A stretch of 64,000 nucleotides of DNA from positions 6,696,001-6,760,000 of the forward strand of contig NC_043010.1 of NCBI RefSeq assembly GCF_006345805.1, read 5' to 3'. Below are positions 63,515 to 64,000 of this stretch, piece after piece. The translations under genes were made by a program, and so were the position numbers. How positions within the stretch are numbered: the first letter of the stretch is position 1; each line of letters begins with the position of its first letter. This stretch comes from Octopus sinensis. Its lineage: Eukaryota. The notes beneath the pieces were generated by a model. That model did no database searches. It was given only the letters and a program-made list of their open reading frames with translations, and was not told the DNA's origin.

Positions 63515-64000
63515 ATATATGTATGTGTATGTGTATATATATATATAATATATATATATTAGATATATATTATATTATATATATATATATATATTCCTTT
63601 TCATATATGTAGAAATACATTTGTGTGTGTGTGTGAGAGAGTGTGTGTGAGAGTGTGTGTGTGAGAGTGTGTGTGAGAGAGAGAGAGAGTGTGTGTGTGT
63701 GTGTGTGTGTGTACTACTGAAATGTGGAGTCATGGAATATATTTTTTATTTGCTTTGAATTGCATGATCTTGCAGTTTCACAAGATAAAATTTTTTACGT
63801 TGACTAACTCAACATAAAATAGGCAAGATTTTAGTTGAACTTGATAAATCTCAAAATTTAAGATATATCCAATTTTTATCCAGTTTAACATGTTAGCAGA
63901 GATATTGCAAGATATTCACATCCATATATATACACACACACATATATAGACATATATAATATATATATATATATTATATATATATCACACAAATAAATGC

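Overview
AT-rich, microsatellite-saturated eukaryotic DNA, almost certainly from an octopus (inferred from cephalopod-type protocadherin exons and tRNA-derived SINE families). It is part of a head-to-tail protocadherin array on the minus strand. One gene (called PcdhB here) has a giant exon 27287-29755 encoding signal peptide, 6 cadherin repeats, TM and proximal tail. Two small cytoplasmic exons (58829-58991, 55019-55290) splice in phase but lie upstream of it, so they belong to a preceding gene (PcdhA) whose ectodomain exon is right of the window. I could not find PcdhB's own tail exons in the 27 kb downstream. The rest is a transposon landscape: a young 5'-truncated RTE LINE with a PHD finger inside the RT and a nested tandem-repeat 3' UTR, CR1-type fragments, DD37D-like and mariner transposase relics, TTAA MITEs, a Helitron-like element and many SINEs. 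The most unusual signal is a set of fold-back islands embedded in (TA)n runs. One is a 166-bp palindrome carrying a minimal hammerhead ribozyme in each arm, and two others fold back at the same ribozyme helix. Most short ORFs in the supplied track are microsatellite or repeat artefacts.
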